Source: a virus
Lineage: Duplodnaviria; Caudoviricetes
Strand: one strand, 5' to 3'
IMG/VR virus record: IMGVR_UViG_3300034411_000277
Coordinates: 1-50,983 of that record
DNA length: 50,983 bases
The notes under the pieces were generated by a model that ran no database searches, was not told the DNA's origin, and saw nothing but the letters and a program-made list of their open reading frames with translations. Shown here piece by piece: positions 1-9,714 of this stretch. The position numbers and the translations under genes were made by a program. Position 1 is the first letter of the stretch, and every line of letters starts with the position of its first letter.

Positions 1-55
1 AGTCTTATTTGTGCGATGTCCATATCGAACGTGTAGTCCGGTGTGTTTTCTTCCA

Positions 56-490
56 TTACATACCCATACCTGCTTGGAACTTGAGATAGTCAACGCTATT
101 CTTAATCTGATATCCACGATTATGAATCATACGTAGGATGTCCTCTAAGTAATCAAGCATTACATCATAATACTCTACCTTGAGTCTGATCTTGGATAGC
201 TTCTCATCTGAGTTGAGATGAAGAGACATTGATTCTTTGTCTCGAACTTTATATGGAAATGGCTCCTCAACGTAAGCTTCAGCCGGTGCTTTACCACTGT
301 AATAGTTATACCGGTCAAGTCGTGTCTTGTTTAGAGTATCTAAACTTTTAGTCTTCAACAACTTGATAGTCGTATACAGTGTGTAGTACTTTTGGTGTAG
401 CTGTGGAATCTTCAATGATTCATCGTGTAGGTTATCCATATCCATACGGGAATCTACTTCCCACATTTCCTGGATTTTTTCTAGATTCAT
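56..490 (-). CDS. uvsY: Recombination mediator protein UvsY
   Basis: 144 aa with LHDESLKIPQLHQKYY and IHNRGYQIKN motifs; position after g3 as in T4-like cyanophages. Confidence 0.92.
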   Translation of the reverse strand: MNLEKIQEMWEVDSRMDMDNLHDESLKIPQLHQKYYTLYTTIKLLKTKSLDTLNKTRLDRYNYYSGKAPAEAYVEEPFPYKVRDKESMSLHLNSDEKLSKIRLKVEYYDVMLDYLEDILRMIHNRGYQIKNSVDYLKFQAGMGM

Positions 491-1065
491 CGCAACAATG
501 CTTGGTTTACATAGTCAGGGGATAGTTCCTTACCATCTTTATCTAAAATCTGGAAGTACAGATAGTTGAATGTTACATTAGCAGTTAGATAGTTGATATC
601 TGTATCTGTTGCTGTAAATTCAAGTGTAGATAGAGTAGTTGGGTATAGGTCCCAGAACTTTACTTGAGCAATTGTGTTGTAATTGCTGTTGAGCACCTTG
701 AGTGTAGCATCACTATACTGTAATTTCAAGTCTCTTTGTCCAGTTTCGTCAGTGGTCCAATCAACAAACTGCTGCATTGACTCGGGGAAACCAAGACCTG
801 TGATCCAGTTGTGGATCAGTGTATAGTTCAGCATATCCTCGTCTACTAAGAACTGGATGGGTAGCTCACCATACTCAACACGATCACCTGGGTGCATCAG
901 TGACTTGAGGTAGTTTGCTTGCTCTGCACCACCAATTGAGATTTCTGGAATAGAAGCACTATTACTGAAAAAAGAAACCTTTGGGAATCTAGCAATACTG
1001 AAATCAAAACCAATAGGACTCATATAGTTCCTATTACCTAGTTGTTTATAATAAATGTTGGGCAC
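487..1065 (-). CDS. gp3: Tail completion / sheath stabilizer gp3
   Basis: NRNYMSPIGFDF...SASIPEISIG...FLVDEDMLNY..IHNWITGLGFPES motifs. Start moved from 1188 to the in-frame GTG at 1065 because the longer ORF crosses the g23 terminator and a late promoter. Confidence 0.85.
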   Translation of the reverse strand: MPNIYYKQLGNRNYMSPIGFDFSIARFPKVSFFSNSASIPEISIGGAEQANYLKSLMHPGDRVEYGELPIQFLVDEDMLNYTLIHNWITGLGFPESMQQFVDWTTDETGQRDLKLQYSDATLKVLNSNYNTIAQVKFWDLYPTTLSTLEFTATDTDINYLTANVTFNYLYFQILDKDGKELSPDYVNQALLR

Positions 1066-1088
1066 ATCGTCACCAGTTGCTTCATCTA

Positions 1089-1094
1089 TATTTA
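1089..1094 (-). promoter_or_regulatory. Late promoter core TAAATA upstream of g3
   Basis: TAAATA on the minus strand just downstream of the g23 terminator; matches the T4 gp55 consensus TATAAATA core. Confidence 0.65.
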
Positions 1095-1099
1095 GAGAC

Positions 1100-1130
1100 A
1101 AAAAAAAGACCCCCCATTGCTGGGAGGTCT
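1100..1130 (-). terminator. Intrinsic terminator after g23
   Basis: AGACCTCCCA-GCAA-TGGGGGGTCT followed by a T run on the minus strand. Confidence 0.9.
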
Positions 1131-1161
1131 TAAACTCGTCGGAGTTTTTGGAAAGGTTGGG

Positions 1162-1179
1162 TGCCCCCCGAAGGGGGCA
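1162..1179 (-). other. C(UUCG)G hairpin just after the g23 stop
   Basis: TGCCCCC-TTCG-GGGGGCA, 7-bp stem, no U tail. Confidence 0.75.
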
Positions 1180-1184
1180 GTGTA

Positions 1185-2609
1185 TCACATTAGGTTTGCA
1201 ACCTGAACGCGACGGTAGTAGACGTTGGTGTTTGTAGCCAAACGTCCGAGACCACCACCACCTAGGAGAGGATCGGCTGCGCCTTCTGCGAAGGGGTTAG
1301 CGACCATGCCGTAGCGGGTCTTGAAGCCGATACGAGGCTGGAAGCTGTCCTGACCAACTGCACGAACCATCTGAAGAGGAACGTAAGGGCAGTAGAATAG
1401 ACCAGCGTCATAAGGTGAAGAACCTTTGTAGCCCATAACGTAGTACTGCTGTGAGGATACGTTAGCGGCATAAGGATCGATGTAGACCTTGTACTTGCCT
1501 TGTAGTGTACCAGCGAAGGTGTTGCCGGTGTCGTCAACGTTGAGGTTAGCGTTGAGTGCAGGGGTGTAATCAAGTACACCAGCCATGGTTAGAGCGGATG
1601 CAACGTCTGCTGAACAGACGATGATGTTGCCCTTCCCGCGACGTGTTTGCTGCGCGATTGCGTTAGCGTCTCTTTCCATCTGGAAAATAAGACCCTTGAA
1701 CTTCTCAACTGACCAACGACCGTTGGAGTCAACGTCAAGGTCAAAGATGCCCTTGGTTGCAACGTTAGCTTGAGCACCAGGAACGGCTGTCTTGTAGATT
1801 GTACGGACAACTTCGCGGTTGATTTCAGCTAGGATCTCAGAGGAGAGGATGTTAGCTAGCTCAGCTTCTGCATTTAGACCGTGGATAGCCTTGAGGTCTT
1901 GTGCAAGCTCCATGCTGTACTGAGCCTTGAGCGCACGGCTCTTAGCAGTAACAGTGACCTTCTCGATTGAGAAGCCCATTTCGCGGAACTCTTCGCCAGT
2001 TGGGGTGCCGAGTGCCTCAGCTTCCCATGTGCCCATGCCTTGACCAGCGTTATACTCTTGCTGGTTTAGAGGAGCACCTGTTGTTGGGTTCAATAGACCG
2101 GGGTTAGTACCACGCTGGGTACCGGTGGTTCCTAGACCGACTTCAACGCTCTCGCTGTTTTGAACGTAGAGTGCAGAGCCGTCCTGAGGACCGCCTGAAT
2201 AAGCAGAATCGACTTCGTTGTAGAAGGTCTCAGGACCATTCTGACCTTCGTAGCGGCTACGCATTGCGAAGATTAGACCTGTAGGACCGTTCATTGGCTG
2301 AACACCACATAGGTCGTATGCCATTAGGTTAGGCATTGAACGACGGATGAGGCTGATTAGAACAGGATCGAAACCAGCTACTGGACCTTCTGCTGCTGCG
2401 TTAGCAGAGAAACCAGCGGCACCGGCTGCGGACTGTGTTGTGATTGGTGTTTCGGAGAGGAAAGCACGCTCTTCGGAGATGGCGACTTCCTGGTTCTCAA
2501 GGAGTTGTGCGGTTACTGCACGCTTATGAGCGTCCTTGATACCACCTTCGTGGTCCAATACAGGAGACCACTTCTCCATTAGTTGTTCGGCGTTTGCGTT
2601 GTTATACAT
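1185..2609 (-). CDS. gp23: Major capsid protein gp23
   Basis: FDPVLISLIRRSMPNL, GVQPMNGPTGLIFAMR, KSRALKA.YS.ELAQDLKAIHG, FYCPYVPLQ, GFKTRYG. Confidence 0.99.
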   Translation of the reverse strand: MYNNANAEQLMEKWSPVLDHEGGIKDAHKRAVTAQLLENQEVAISEERAFLSETPITTQSAAGAAGFSANAAAEGPVAGFDPVLISLIRRSMPNLMAYDLCGVQPMNGPTGLIFAMRSRYEGQNGPETFYNEVDSAYSGGPQDGSALYVQNSESVEVGLGTTGTQRGTNPGLLNPTTGAPLNQQEYNAGQGMGTWEAEALGTPTGEEFREMGFSIEKVTVTAKSRALKAQYSMELAQDLKAIHGLNAEAELANILSSEILAEINREVVRTIYKTAVPGAQANVATKGIFDLDVDSNGRWSVEKFKGLIFQMERDANAIAQQTRRGKGNIIVCSADVASALTMAGVLDYTPALNANLNVDDTGNTFAGTLQGKYKVYIDPYAANVSSQQYYVMGYKGSSPYDAGLFYCPYVPLQMVRAVGQDSFQPRIGFKTRYGMVANPFAEGAADPLLGGGGLGRLATNTNVYYRRVQVANLM

Positions 2610-2663
2610 TGGGGATAATCCTTTTTGGTGAAAAATGGTAAGTTTGATCTAATGATCTAAAAT

Positions 2664-3803
2664 TCACTTTTTAGAAACTCTGTCGAGAGCTTGTAAATAT
2701 GACATCATTGAACCAGAAACATCAGTGTGCTTCGCTTCAGATGTACCGACTTCTTCGGTTAGGTCCTCGACACTGTTTCTTGTCGAGACGGTAGTATTAC
2801 GGCTAGGGAAATAGCTTTCCTTTAGCGATTCTAGCTTCTCGCGATAACCTGTTTCACTATCAAACTCAACAGATTCAGCAAGGGCGGATAGCTTGTCCTT
2901 TTGGGTTTCAGCTAGTCCCTCGGAAACTTCAAAGAAGATTCCTTCTGCAACAACGGTGCCTAAACGATTGTTTAGTCCGACGTTACGCTCGATCTGCTCG
3001 TTGAGCTTTGATTCCATTTCATCAAGTTTTTCAACCATGGACTCAACCACGTCGAAACGCTCCTCAGGAATAGCAACGTAGTGCTCTGAGAATAGTGAGT
3101 GCATACCTTGTAGGAATGACTCGGTCATTTCGGTGCGGAGACCATGTTCGACGGCGATAGCATTTTCAGCCATCCACTCGTCAGCTACGTACTCTAGGTA
3201 AGCGTCTACACGCTCACTTAGGCTTGAACGAACAGCAGATAGTTCTTCAACTAGCTTCTCTTCGTATGTTGCTTGTAGCTCTTCTTTGACGATAGCGACT
3301 TTGTTACGGATAGCGGCTTCGAAGATGGTGCGAGCTTTGCTCTGGAACTCTTCAGAGAGATCCTCACCACTTAGAAGGGCAGTAACGTCCTCTTCAATAT
3401 CAAATTCAGCGATCTCAAGATCCTGTTCGGAAATGATTTCTTCTGATTCGACCTCAGTCTCTTCCTTGCGGGTAGAGCCTGGGACTACTGAAGCGGGTAC
3501 CTTTTCGGCTGATGAACCAGCAGAGCGACTATCAGTAGAACCACCAGCGTTGCCGCCAGGAACTACTTTAGCGTCTACCTTTTCCATACCATCTGCTGCT
3601 GCGGCACCTTTATTTACTACATCCTTAACTTGCTTAAGGGGAGCAGCGGCATCGTTGAGCTTTGCAGGACCGTCCGGTTCATTAGTATAGTTCTCGGGGG
3701 TTGGACCACCGAGATCTGTAATTGATTGTCCGGGAACTACGCTGGTTGGAACCTTTTCCATTGGTTCAGCAGCCTTAGCACCTTTCGTTACTACGTTTTC
3801 CAT
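2664..3803 (-). CDS. gp22: Prohead core scaffold protein gp22
   Basis: Acidic protein with LSEEF..KA.TIFEAA and YL.YV.DEW..EN..A.E.G motifs; between g21 and g23. Confidence 0.95.
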   Translation of the reverse strand: MENVVTKGAKAAEPMEKVPTSVVPGQSITDLGGPTPENYTNEPDGPAKLNDAAAPLKQVKDVVNKGAAAADGMEKVDAKVVPGGNAGGSTDSRSAGSSAEKVPASVVPGSTRKEETEVESEEIISEQDLEIAEFDIEEDVTALLSGEDLSEEFQSKARTIFEAAIRNKVAIVKEELQATYEEKLVEELSAVRSSLSERVDAYLEYVADEWMAENAIAVEHGLRTEMTESFLQGMHSLFSEHYVAIPEERFDVVESMVEKLDEMESKLNEQIERNVGLNNRLGTVVAEGIFFEVSEGLAETQKDKLSALAESVEFDSETGYREKLESLKESYFPSRNTTVSTRNSVEDLTEEVGTSEAKHTDVSGSMMSYLQALDRVSKK

Positions 3804-3840
3804 GTCTTGTAAAAATTAGTTGCTACCGACGAGTAAAATG

Positions 3841-3886
3841 ATCTATAAACTGTATAAATCTATATTTATTTATACGATTTATAGAT
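3841..3886 (-). promoter_or_regulatory. Late promoter TATAAATA (3867-3874) inside an inverted repeat upstream of g22
   Basis: Exact consensus; arms 3841-3859 and 3868-3886 give 17 of 19 Watson-Crick pairs. Confidence 0.8.
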
Positions 3887-4529
3887 TGGACAAAAATTGG
3901 CTGAATAGCTCAATTTTCTTTTCTTGTAGATCTCTTGCTGCTACTGCCTTTTCGATAGTAGACTGGATGGCATCGATCTGTTGTTCTTTTAGAGTGCCGT
4001 TCACATAAACCCACTCTTTGCCTTCCATAATGCCTTGAACAAAAGCATCAGGCGCACTTGGATCAGCTACAATATCAGCAGCGGTGGCGAGCATAAAATC
4101 TTCACCAACGAGCTTGTAACCGCCACGTGTTTCGGATAATGATCCAATACCACGAGAAGAAACGCCAAGAGTAACCCCCTCATCAATAAGGTTCTTGGCT
4201 ATCTTACCCATAGGGGTTTCTAGAAGCTTGGCTTTACCAATAAAGTTGTTTCCTTCCTGACGGAGAGAAACAATCTTGTGTGATACACGGTCAAGGTTTA
4301 CTGTAGGTCCATCGGGATGACCCAATTCACCTAAAGCGCGACCATTATTGATGTACTGCTCTGTATATCGAGCAACTTCGCGCTCCATAACGTTGCGCTT
4401 GTACACCCTATTATTGCGATTAGGTTGCTCAGTCTGAAGGAATACTCCCTCAATGAACATCGACTTTTTACCGCCGACTTCCTCTACAATAAATTCAACC
4501 TTGTTAATTTCTTCTGTGATTAGTTTCAT
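3879..4529 (-). CDS. gp21: Prohead protease gp21
   Basis: MKLITE, ALGELGHP, LGVSSRG.GS, DIVADPSAPDAFV. Confidence 0.98.
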   Translation of the reverse strand: MKLITEEINKVEFIVEEVGGKKSMFIEGVFLQTEQPNRNNRVYKRNVMEREVARYTEQYINNGRALGELGHPDGPTVNLDRVSHKIVSLRQEGNNFIGKAKLLETPMGKIAKNLIDEGVTLGVSSRGIGSLSETRGGYKLVGEDFMLATAADIVADPSAPDAFVQGIMEGKEWVYVNGTLKEQQIDAIQSTIEKAVAARDLQEKKIELFSQFLSNL

Positions 4530-4530
4530 T

Positions 4531-4782
4531 TTAGTAAATGCTTACTCCTGAGATGCGGACTGATTCCGACGTTGCGTATACTGTTGCAGATACAGCTTTC
4601 TTTAGTTGAATGCTTTCGTTCACAGATACAGTTATGGAAGTTTGGTTTTCCCCGTCAACAATAAAAAGTTTATGGGGTGCCTTAGAGACGTTGACCGCTC
4701 TTACACAAGTTGTACGCCCACAATCAATGGAGTCTTCTCTTGTAGTTGGAGAATCAACTTCAGAAAATACTACTTTGATCAT
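4531..4782 (-). CDS. Hypothetical protein (head gene cluster)
   Basis: 83-aa ORF tightly packed between neighbours, ATGA overlap with the upstream ORF. Confidence 0.7.
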   Translation of the reverse strand: MIKVVFSEVDSPTTREDSIDCGRTTCVRAVNVSKAPHKLFIVDGENQTSITVSVNESIQLKKAVSATVYATSESVRISGVSIY

Positions 4783-4967
4783 GCTTCCTCATCCTCAATA
4801 GTCTCAGAGCCCTCTTCGCTGTCTCCAGCAAATAGTCGTGTTGCCGCTACCTGACGGTAGTCATCAACTCTCTCAGCCGCCTTTGAATAAAGAACATCTT
4901 TAATTTCTTGGCTGATTGATGATGGCGTTTCGCCAGCAACAATGGCGTCAATAATGTTTGCGTTCAT
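4779..4967 (-). CDS. Small acidic putative prohead core protein
   Basis: 62 aa, IKDVLYSKAAERVD; follows g20; TAAATA at 4990-4995 upstream. Confidence 0.75.
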   Translation of the reverse strand: MNANIIDAIVAGETPSSISQEIKDVLYSKAAERVDDYRQVAATRLFAGDSEEGSETIEDEEA

Positions 4968-5002
4968 GACAAAAGAGGAAATATGTAGTTATTTAGTAGG
5001 GA

Positions 5003-6733
5003 TTAAATTTCTCCCTCACCACTCTTAGGTAGTTTGGGGGGTGCTGGATCGGTTGGAACGGCACCTGCGGCTCCGTTGATATCAGCAGCAGCGCCAGCCA
5101 TATCAGCCATTGCTCCTGCTGGATCCCCCTCTCCCATTGCTGGTAGAGGCTCACCAGTGATTGGATCTAAAGTAGATGGATCAGGAATTACACCATCCTC
5201 AATCTCCTTTTCGATCTGTTCGTCTTGCTCCTTGATCTCACCGTCAGTCTGACGTAGGATCTTGGTTCTCACATATTCTTGTGAGTAGTACTTACCAACA
5301 TAAGGCTCAGCTTGTGCTAGTAGGTTTAGACGTTCTTGCATCAACTCAGTATCTTTGAGTTCAGCAAAATGGTTGTCGTATAGGAAGTCATACTGGATGT
5401 TATCCTTGATTTCTTCCCAATCATCAGGAGTAATGATGTTCTTTAGGATGAGTTGTGTTCTTAGTAGATCACTGAATAGGTTTGCAAAGCGCTTACGTAG
5501 ACGAGCTACGAACTTGGAAAACTTAACTTCATCACGAAGGATTTCAGTTGAGCGTCCCATATTGAAGCCTTCGCTACCACCAGGCTGACGTGAACTAGGA
5601 ACGTTTAGTGAGTCATACACCTTGCTACGGAAATACTCTAGGTCCGTAATCTCACCGAGGTTCTGTCCGCCGGGGAGAGTAGAGATCTCAGTACCACGAC
5701 CGCCCTCACGGCGGGGTAGCCAGAAATCTTCTAGCATAGACATTACTTTCTTATCACTCTTTACCTCACCAGTTGCTGCGTTATAGCTCATCTTGTTTCT
5801 ATAACGTTGCATTACCTGCTGTAGGTATTGCTCTGCCTTCACTTTCGGCAAATTACCAACGTCAATATAGAAAATACGACGTTCTGGAGCACGGGACAAG
5901 CGATAGATCACGATAGAGTCTTCGATCATCTTGAGTTGATTCAAGGATCTGATACTCTTGTGCAACCAAGACAAGGTTGTCTGATTGTTCCTATCCACCA
6001 GACCTGAGTTACAGTAGGCTATGGAGTCTTTAGCAATCTTTATACTTCCAGAGCTGTTACTGCTGAATGGGGCGTTGTAGCCCGTTGCAGAGTTGGCTGA
6101 TGGAGTATAAACATAGTACTCATCCATCGCTTGGCTGAATTGATCATTCCTAGCGTTGGGGATGTTTCTACCTGTATTGTTGACCGTTAGAACTTGCGTT
6201 GCACGAGTGTCGGCGGCTTTATCATTTAGTTTGCGAACAAACTTGATTTTCATTGGATCAATATATCTGAGATCCATGATGCCGTCTTGGGGCTTCTCAA
6301 AGTCAATAACTTTGAGATAATGTAGGCGCCCGTCAATGTACCAGTTGCGGAAGATCTCGTGAGAGCGCTTATCAAAGTCCAATAGTTCTTTGATGTACTT
6401 GAACTCATCACGAATAATGTTCTTGACCTTCTCACTAGCATTTACATTGCTTAGCTCTACCTGTACTGGTGACTCATAAAGGTCACTAACAATTGCTTCA
6501 TTTACAATATCTTCAATGGCGCTATCCACTTCAGGATAGAGAGCCATCTCGCGATATCTGCGAATTAGCTCATACTCAGTTCTATAAACACCCTCAATGT
6601 CAACGTGAGTCCCGCCAAACCCGCCAGCAGAATAATAGTCCACACCATCAGAGTTGTTCTCTGGTACTGGGCTAATAGATCCGGGACGTTGAATGTCGGA
6701 GTCTTCAATTGAGAAACCAAAAAGTCTACTCAT
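5003..6733 (-). CDS. gp20: Portal vertex protein gp20
   Basis: RAPERRIFYIDVGNLPK.KAEQY, MLEDFWLPRREGGRGTEISTLPGG. Start set at MSRLFGFS (6733), downstream of the promoter and terminator. Confidence 0.98.
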   Translation of the reverse strand: MSRLFGFSIEDSDIQRPGSISPVPENNSDGVDYYSAGGFGGTHVDIEGVYRTEYELIRRYREMALYPEVDSAIEDIVNEAIVSDLYESPVQVELSNVNASEKVKNIIRDEFKYIKELLDFDKRSHEIFRNWYIDGRLHYLKVIDFEKPQDGIMDLRYIDPMKIKFVRKLNDKAADTRATQVLTVNNTGRNIPNARNDQFSQAMDEYYVYTPSANSATGYNAPFSSNSSGSIKIAKDSIAYCNSGLVDRNNQTTLSWLHKSIRSLNQLKMIEDSIVIYRLSRAPERRIFYIDVGNLPKVKAEQYLQQVMQRYRNKMSYNAATGEVKSDKKVMSMLEDFWLPRREGGRGTEISTLPGGQNLGEITDLEYFRSKVYDSLNVPSSRQPGGSEGFNMGRSTEILRDEVKFSKFVARLRKRFANLFSDLLRTQLILKNIITPDDWEEIKDNIQYDFLYDNHFAELKDTELMQERLNLLAQAEPYVGKYYSQEYVRTKILRQTDGEIKEQDEQIEKEIEDGVIPDPSTLDPITGEPLPAMGEGDPAGAMADMAGAAADINGAAGAVPTDPAPPKLPKSGEGEI

Positions 6734-6770
6734 AATAATAAAAGTTGGGTGTATACCTTTCTTACACTTA

Positions 6771-6778
6771 TATTTATA
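6771..6778 (-). promoter_or_regulatory. Late promoter upstream of g20
   Basis: Exact TATAAATA on the minus strand. Confidence 0.8.
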
Positions 6779-6783
6779 TGCAC

Positions 6784-6807
6784 AAAAAAAGACCCCTTTC
6801 GGGGTCT
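6784..6807 (-). terminator. Intrinsic terminator after g19
   Basis: AGACCCC-GAAA-GGGGTCT followed by a T run. Confidence 0.9.
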
Positions 6808-6827
6808 CTCGTTGTTGTGATTCGGAA

Positions 6828-7424
6828 TCAGAAGATATCCACGCCACCTGCGTTTGGACCTGAGCCCTTGATAGCTTCCCACCACTGAACCTGCATTTCC
6901 ACGGTGAACTCCTGAATAGTATCAGTTGTCTCGTAGTTGAGGTCGATGGTTGAGATGTTCGTTGGGAACACGTCGTGGAAGCGGTATGTACGGAGCGTGG
7001 AGCCGTCGCGGTCTAGCTGGTAGACATATGCGTCAGACTGATAGTCTGCGGGATCCTGGGTGCCTGTAGCATCCTCCATCTTGTTCATTGTGTTCATCCA
7101 GTTCTCAAAAGCAGAACGGATGGCGAAGTCGGTGTCGTTTAGGACTGTGATTGTCCAGGTGTCGAAGGTGCGGTCTCCTGCAATCTTCAATGTACGCCCA
7201 CGGAAGGGAACTTCGATAGGTGTAATGTTTGAAGCTGGAAGAGCTGCTGCCTTGACTAGGAAGCGTGACTTCTGTAGTGTATCTGTATCGGTAGGTGCTG
7301 AGAGAGGGAACTGAAGAACAACTTCAAATAGATTGGGGCGAGCACCGCCACCAGTCATTTTTGCTTTGAAGTCGCTAATAGTCCTCAATACTGGGGACTC
7401 TACCTGCTTTCTTGTACTTGCCAT
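6828..7424 (-). CDS. gp19: Tail tube protein gp19
   Basis: GGGARPNLFEV, VPFRGRTLKIAGDRTFDTWTITV.ND. Confidence 0.97.
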   Translation of the reverse strand: MASTRKQVESPVLRTISDFKAKMTGGGARPNLFEVVLQFPLSAPTDTDTLQKSRFLVKAAALPASNITPIEVPFRGRTLKIAGDRTFDTWTITVLNDTDFAIRSAFENWMNTMNKMEDATGTQDPADYQSDAYVYQLDRDGSTLRTYRFHDVFPTNISTIDLNYETTDTIQEFTVEMQVQWWEAIKGSGPNAGGVDIF

Positions 7425-7453
7425 TTTGGTTTCTCCTTAGGTAGTTATAGCGA

Positions 7454-9646
7454 TCAAACAGTTCCGACTACTTCTTCAAAGCTGACGCCAGTACGGGTAG
7501 CAACGAAGGTTAGACCGATAAAGTTGATAGAGCGGGTGGGCTTGACGAAGATGTCTGCAACAAACTCGTTACGGTCAACTACCGCTGGAGTGTTGTTTGT
7601 CTCGTCGCAAACAACAATGAAATCAGTGATACCACGCTTAGACTCAACGTCGCGGAGGAAAGGCTCTACGATGTTGACGAAGTTGGTACGGGTTACTTCA
7701 TCGTTGAATTCGAATAGTTGATCCTGTGCTGCGGCTGTGATAGCCTCTTCGATGTAGATGAACAAACGGCGAACGTTGATCCTATCGAAGGCTGAGGAAG
7801 CACTGAGGGCTGTCTTATCACCGAATAGAACAATACCACCAACATCATTGGAGAAGATGACTGGGTTGATTCTAGCGGAGTAGAGACGGTCTCTTTGGGA
7901 CTGAGTTGGGTTGTATGCTAAGCGAACACCGTTGAGGATAGCACCACGGGTTGTTCCAGCGGGGGAGAACCAAGGGAATGCGACCTGATCGGTACGGGCA
8001 CAGCAACCAGCGATGTCTCCGTTTAGGGGAACATAGCGGAACTTGTCTGCAAAACGATCGTACATATACTTGTAGCCAGTATCTAGGATCGCGTAGGAGC
8101 TAGAAGCTACAGTAGAGTAGTAGTTGATTAGGTTGTTTGTTACTTGCTCAGAGGAGATAGTAACCTGGGCACCAGCACCGGAATCGGTGATCTGTGAAGC
8201 GCGGTATGGAGATACAAACGCTAGTGCATCACGACGTTGCTCTGCAATGCCGATGATCTTATTAGCTAGTGACTGTGACTCAGCAGCACTGTATGCTGAT
8301 GAACCCATTAGTAGGAAGTCAACGCTTGTCTCGTCATCTGATTCGAAGTTGTCGTAACCAGCGGCGATATCACCAACAGAAACGCGAAGTGCGCCAGGAA
8401 GATCAATATCGGTGAGTCCGTCGTAGTTCTTACCATTTTCTAGGATGAGCTGTAGGTTTCCACAACCAAAGAAGATGATGTTACGAGTCTGTTGATCCCA
8501 AGAACCACCAGTCTCAGGGCGGAATCCGTTACCTTCTGCCTCAAACGCAAGAGGAATAGTACCCTCGGGCTCTGAACCACCAAAAGCGTAGCTAGAGGTA
8601 TTTGCTAGATGCTTTCTCCAGTATGAAGGAGTACCTACTGAGAATTCTGCGTCTCTTCCTTTGGAGATACCGATATTCTTTTCTAGGATAGTACCAGCAT
8701 TACCTGTTACTTCTCCGGTGTCGTCAAAGATAACAACGTGAACTTCATCGAAGCGTGAGTTGCGTGAACGTGCGAACTCGGTTGTTGTTGGGCGGTTGGC
8801 GATGGAGTTCCAAGAAACTTCTACGCGACCACCTTGAAGTGATACAGTCTGCTCATCGAACCAATCGATTGGAGCAACGCTGGATACTGCTGTGATTAGA
8901 CCAACCTGGGAGTAAACGTCGAAATCACCATCAGTGAATGACCAAGTACCACCTTGCTGATAATCAACATCAGATAATACACCTGCATTAGGACCAGATG
9001 CTGGAGTAAATCCTAGGACCTTTACCTCTAGCTCTGACTTAGCTGTTGAAATACCAGTAATGATACCTTTTAGGTTTCCTTCTACTAGCTGAGTTGTACC
9101 TGCACCAGCAGCAACCTTGCTGATGGATTGGATAACACCCATTCCCACTTCAACATCTCTTCCTGCGTTTACGAGGTCAACGCTGCTGAAGATTTGATCT
9201 GCTCTTCCGTCGATGAATGCAACCTTTACACCATTAGCCCAAGAACCGGGGTTTCTGGAAATAATTGTGTATCCTGGAATGATATTTTCATCATAGCCGA
9301 GGGCATTGTAGTCCTCCAAGCTTTTAATTTTGATAGATGTTGTACCGGCGCCAGCAAAACTATTTGAAATCTCATCGTTGTCTGAACGCACCACCTGCAT
9401 AATACCGCCGTAGGCGAGGTATGAGGAGATGGTTAGCCATCCCTCGTACTGTCTATCAGTAGAAGAAGGTTGTCCGAAAACTTCTAAGAGTTCGTTCTCA
9501 CTGGCGATTAGTACAGGCTCATCTACGGGTCCTCTTGCGAAAGAGGCAACAATAGCTCCGGTCTTATCAGAAGAGGTTTGCACCTGACCGAGCGTAAGGT
9601 CAACCTCTCTGACTAGTACTCCGGGCGATGCTAAATTTACAGGCAT
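7454..9646 (-). CDS. gp18: Tail sheath protein gp18
   Basis: LASPGV.VREVD, PWFSPAG..RG, FDRINVRRLF, FEFND..TR, P.RSINFI.L.F. Confidence 0.98.
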   Translation of the reverse strand: MPVNLASPGVLVREVDLTLGQVQTSSDKTGAIVASFARGPVDEPVLIASENELLEVFGQPSSTDRQYEGWLTISSYLAYGGIMQVVRSDNDEISNSFAGAGTTSIKIKSLEDYNALGYDENIIPGYTIISRNPGSWANGVKVAFIDGRADQIFSSVDLVNAGRDVEVGMGVIQSISKVAAGAGTTQLVEGNLKGIITGISTAKSELEVKVLGFTPASGPNAGVLSDVDYQQGGTWSFTDGDFDVYSQVGLITAVSSVAPIDWFDEQTVSLQGGRVEVSWNSIANRPTTTEFARSRNSRFDEVHVVIFDDTGEVTGNAGTILEKNIGISKGRDAEFSVGTPSYWRKHLANTSSYAFGGSEPEGTIPLAFEAEGNGFRPETGGSWDQQTRNIIFFGCGNLQLILENGKNYDGLTDIDLPGALRVSVGDIAAGYDNFESDDETSVDFLLMGSSAYSAAESQSLANKIIGIAEQRRDALAFVSPYRASQITDSGAGAQVTISSEQVTNNLINYYSTVASSSYAILDTGYKYMYDRFADKFRYVPLNGDIAGCCARTDQVAFPWFSPAGTTRGAILNGVRLAYNPTQSQRDRLYSARINPVIFSNDVGGIVLFGDKTALSASSAFDRINVRRLFIYIEEAITAAAQDQLFEFNDEVTRTNFVNIVEPFLRDVESKRGITDFIVVCDETNNTPAVVDRNEFVADIFVKPTRSINFIGLTFVATRTGVSFEEVVGTV

Positions 9647-9683
9647 CTTAGTCTCCCTGGTTAAAGTCCGAATAATCTAAAAA

Positions 9684-9691
9684 TATTTATA
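9684..9691 (-). promoter_or_regulatory. Late promoter upstream of g18
   Basis: Exact TATAAATA on the minus strand. Confidence 0.8.
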
Positions 9692-9714
9692 GGAATATAG
9701 ATTTTGAGACGTAA

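Noticed and set aside
1066-1188. N-terminal extension of gp3 overlapping the g23 stop; possible gp23-gp3 frameshift fusion
   Set aside because: It crosses a strong terminator and a late promoter, no slippery heptamer was seen at the end of g23, and the extension does not look like protein.
6734-6847. N-terminal extension of gp20 in the ORF track
   Set aside because: It spans the g19 terminator and the TATAAATA promoter; the family-like start is MSRLFGFS.
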